Part shown: positions 61,220 to 64,000 of the stretch, one piece after another
Layout: each line of letters starts with the position of its first letter
How positions within the stretch are numbered: position 1 is the first letter of the stretch
Source of the DNA: the human T2T-CHM13v2.0 reference genome, Homo sapiens
Direction: 5' to 3' (one strand)
NCBI RefSeq assembly: GCF_009914755.1
Contig: NC_060925.1
Length of the DNA stretch: 64,000 bases
Position numbers and translations under genes: made by a program
Notes under the pieces: generated by a model
What the model was told of the DNA's origin: nothing
The model's input: only the letters and a program-made list of their open reading frames with translations
Databases searched by the model: none

Positions 61220-64000
61220 CATAAGTCACGGGACATCTCTACTTAGAAGGCTCTTATCCCAGATAATTTCAGGCCTTTGCACAAATGTCAGCTTCTCAGT
61301 AAGGTGTTACCCGCCCACCCTGTCTCCAAGTGCACTACTGCCCCACACCCAGCAGGCCAGCTTCTCCCGAGTCATTCTTCTCCACAGCGCTTATCACCAC
61401 CTGACATAATAGATATGTGGCCTATTTTTGTATTTATTGACTGACAACCCCTATTACAATATAAGGTTCATGGAGGAAAGGACTTTTTCTGTTTTCTTTA
61501 CTGCTGTATCCCTAGTACTCAATAAATACTTGTCCAATGAATGAATGAATGAATGGCTCCACTTCGTCTTTCTCACAAGCCAGTGGGACAAGACCAGCAG
61601 GATAAGAGCTGTTACCTGATTTTACAGTGAATCAATGCAAAGCTCCAGTGCGTAACTGACCTAACTAACTTCTCACAGCAACTAAGCGAAAAGACTGGGA
61701 CTGAAACCTGTATTCTTTCGGCTGCTAAAGATGGCAATTGTAGTGAGCTGGGCACAGGGTGGGGCGTGGAGGCAGCACCCGTGTGCCTGGGCAGGAACCA
61801 TTCTAGCTTGGCAAAATACCCGCTCAGCCACTGCCAGTAGGTGATGGCCGGGAGGCTCTGTATGTGACTGGCATTCGAAGCTATTAGAAGCCTGAATTAG
61901 AAGCTATTATGAAAGGAAAGAGACTTTCATGGAGTCCTGGGTTTTATTCCCATTCCCAGCTCTGCCTTTGTCCAGGTCCCCAATATAATCAACTTCTAAT
62001 TATCAAGTACCTTCAGCATGCTAGGGCATGTGATTCCAGCTTTATGGAGAAAATGGGGTGAAATCATCATTTCTTAAGGGTATTATGAGTTCCTTTAGTT
62101 TAGGAGCATTTCAGAAATGCTTGAGGCGTGTGAAAGAATCCCATTGAAATTCAAAGGCAGCTGAGGAATAAATGGCCTAGGGTGACTTCAGGGCTATTAC
62201 TGCTTGTGCCAGTGGGTGAATTCACATTAAGGCAAAAAAAAAAAAAAATAGTTCGTTCTTTTCTCAAAAACAATTTCCCTTATAAACATCTTAAAATGTA
62301 AAATAAATGGCTTTGAAGACTCAGGGCTGATCACAAGCCTATCAAACCACGTGCCCAGGACACCACATGCATGTATAAAGCCACCCCTCCATCCACTTCA
62401 CCTCTGTGTCCTATTTTTCAAGAGTTGGCTTTGAATTTAGGAAAATAACGACGTTTTCCTCTACCAGGTAATTCAAGGTAACAGCCCTGGATCTTTCCAA
62501 GGCAACTCTAAATCTAGTCTTTTATTTCCAGCCCTAAGAACTAACAGCATGGTGCAAGGCCTCCAGTTATTTTTAAAAGGAGAGAAAACCAGCACCACCA
62601 GAGCACAATGGCTCCAACAAACAAATGCGACTTGCCGCCAAACAACCACAGCTTGTTCTTGCTCTGTGAAAACGAGAGTTTGGTTGGTGTGGCTTTTTCT
62701 CACCGAGGTGGTGGCATCTCTGTCTCCATTAGTGGTTTCCTGTAGAAGCTTCTGAGAAACTCTGGAAGAGGTGGGACAGCTGGCTGGTGTCACACAGCTG
62801 GATGCAACCTCTGCAGGCCTCAGCGGGGAAGCTTCAACACCAGCACTGGCCAAGCTTTTCTTGGAGTGTGTTTCTCTTCTCTTGGGTCTCTTGGTCTTGC
62901 TCAACTTCTCCACCTTGCAAATGGATGCACCATTTGAGGGAAGCCAGCTGCCATTCCTTCCACAGTCCATTTTCTTCTTAGAGGGAAGCACTGTCAACCT
63001 CTTTGAAATTAAAAACCAGATGGCTCATCTGGCAAATCCTTCTGAGTCAGTTTCTCAATTTGCAATGTTTTCTTTCTTCTTATTAAAAAAATATTTCCAT
63101 GTTTCCTGATTTGGAAATGTTTAATAAAATGCATGAAAATGGAGAAAAATAATATGCTTGGAAGAAGCACTGTTCCCATGGGAAGCATGTCTTCCACGGT
63201 ATCTGGAGATGGCGTGGCAGAGATGGCATGGGCAGAGAGTCCAACAGACGGGGGTTTGGATCCCAGCCCTGCCACCTGTTAGCTGTGTGGCCTAGGGAAG
63301 GCGCTTACCTCTCTGTGTCTTGGGCTTCACTTCTGTAAAATGAAGCAGTAAAACCTTGCACGGGACTAGTGAAAAATATAAAACTCTGCATAGTGCCTGA
63401 CACAAATTTTGGAACTTAGTAAATGAGTTCATTTGGTCAGCAATAGGAATGAGCCCCCTCCTGTGTGCCTGGCTTGGTGCCTACTTGGGAACTTAGAGTT
63501 CTAGGAAGAAGGCAGACACCAAGCAACACCAAGGCAAAAAAGGGCCGCGTTACAATGGAGACAAGTGACGCCAAGTTGGGGCACGGGGCCACTGCGCAGG
63601 GGACACACAGCTATCTCAGAGGAGCAGGTATGGGTTGGGATGACAGTGCTGCGGGTGGAGTGGCAGGCTCAGGAGAAGGCTGAGGTGAGTTGGAGGGAGA
63701 AGCAGGGCGGGGAAAGAACTCTGAGCATCTTCTCAAAGTTGCCAGTGCTGGGGTTTAATAAGCAGAACCCCGTGAACTCACAGGCACAGCTGGCCTGCAC
63801 TGTTACTCTTGCCCCAAACCCCTCCATCTTCTTCCTCCTTCTCCTCTATTTTTCCTGCCTTTGCCCCTCTCTGTTCTTTCTTCTTCTCTTTCATGCTTCT
63901 TTTTCTTTTTTTCTCCTTTGAAGCACTGTCTCCACCTCCCTCTCATCTCTCCTCTCTTGTTTTCCCTTTCACTTGTTCAGTCTCTCTCCCACCCTCCCCT

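Larger units (their letters stand above)
60300..61555 (+). mobile_element. L2 3' region carrying a minisatellite and a nested Tigger-family element
   Basis: caaaatatctccagaatc...cacctggaccactgcagtagttgcctcactggcctccctgcttc and the L2 3' end aataaatacttgtccaatgaatgaatgaatgaatg. Confidence 0.75.

Overview
Primate (almost certainly human) genomic DNA containing the 3' part of KCNN3 (SK3/KCa2.3 small-conductance Ca2+-activated K+ channel) on the minus strand. Five constitutive coding exons with canonical GT-AG boundaries and matching phases were read directly: 50315-50456 (pore helix, GYGD, start of S6), 43228-43338, 32196-32323 (not in the ORF track), 28582-28651 and 23093-23389 (stop). A 45-nt in-frame cassette exon at 54356-54400 matches the described 15-aa outer-pore insert (hSK3-ex4). 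A probable ~10.5 kb, TE-poor 3' UTR runs to an AATAAA at 12606-12611. Positions 1-10000 are TE-dense intergenic DNA. The most unusual items are: a ~2.9 kb hierarchical GT/CA array filling most of one intron; a 23-bp minisatellite grown from an L2 element that reads as tandem 5' splice-site motifs on the KCNN3 strand; an Alu-spacer-Alu composite apparently inside one target-site duplication; and several inverted Alu pairs. I see no evidence for a new protein-coding system. Repeat subfamily names come from recognition, not a search, and most TE boundaries are approximate.
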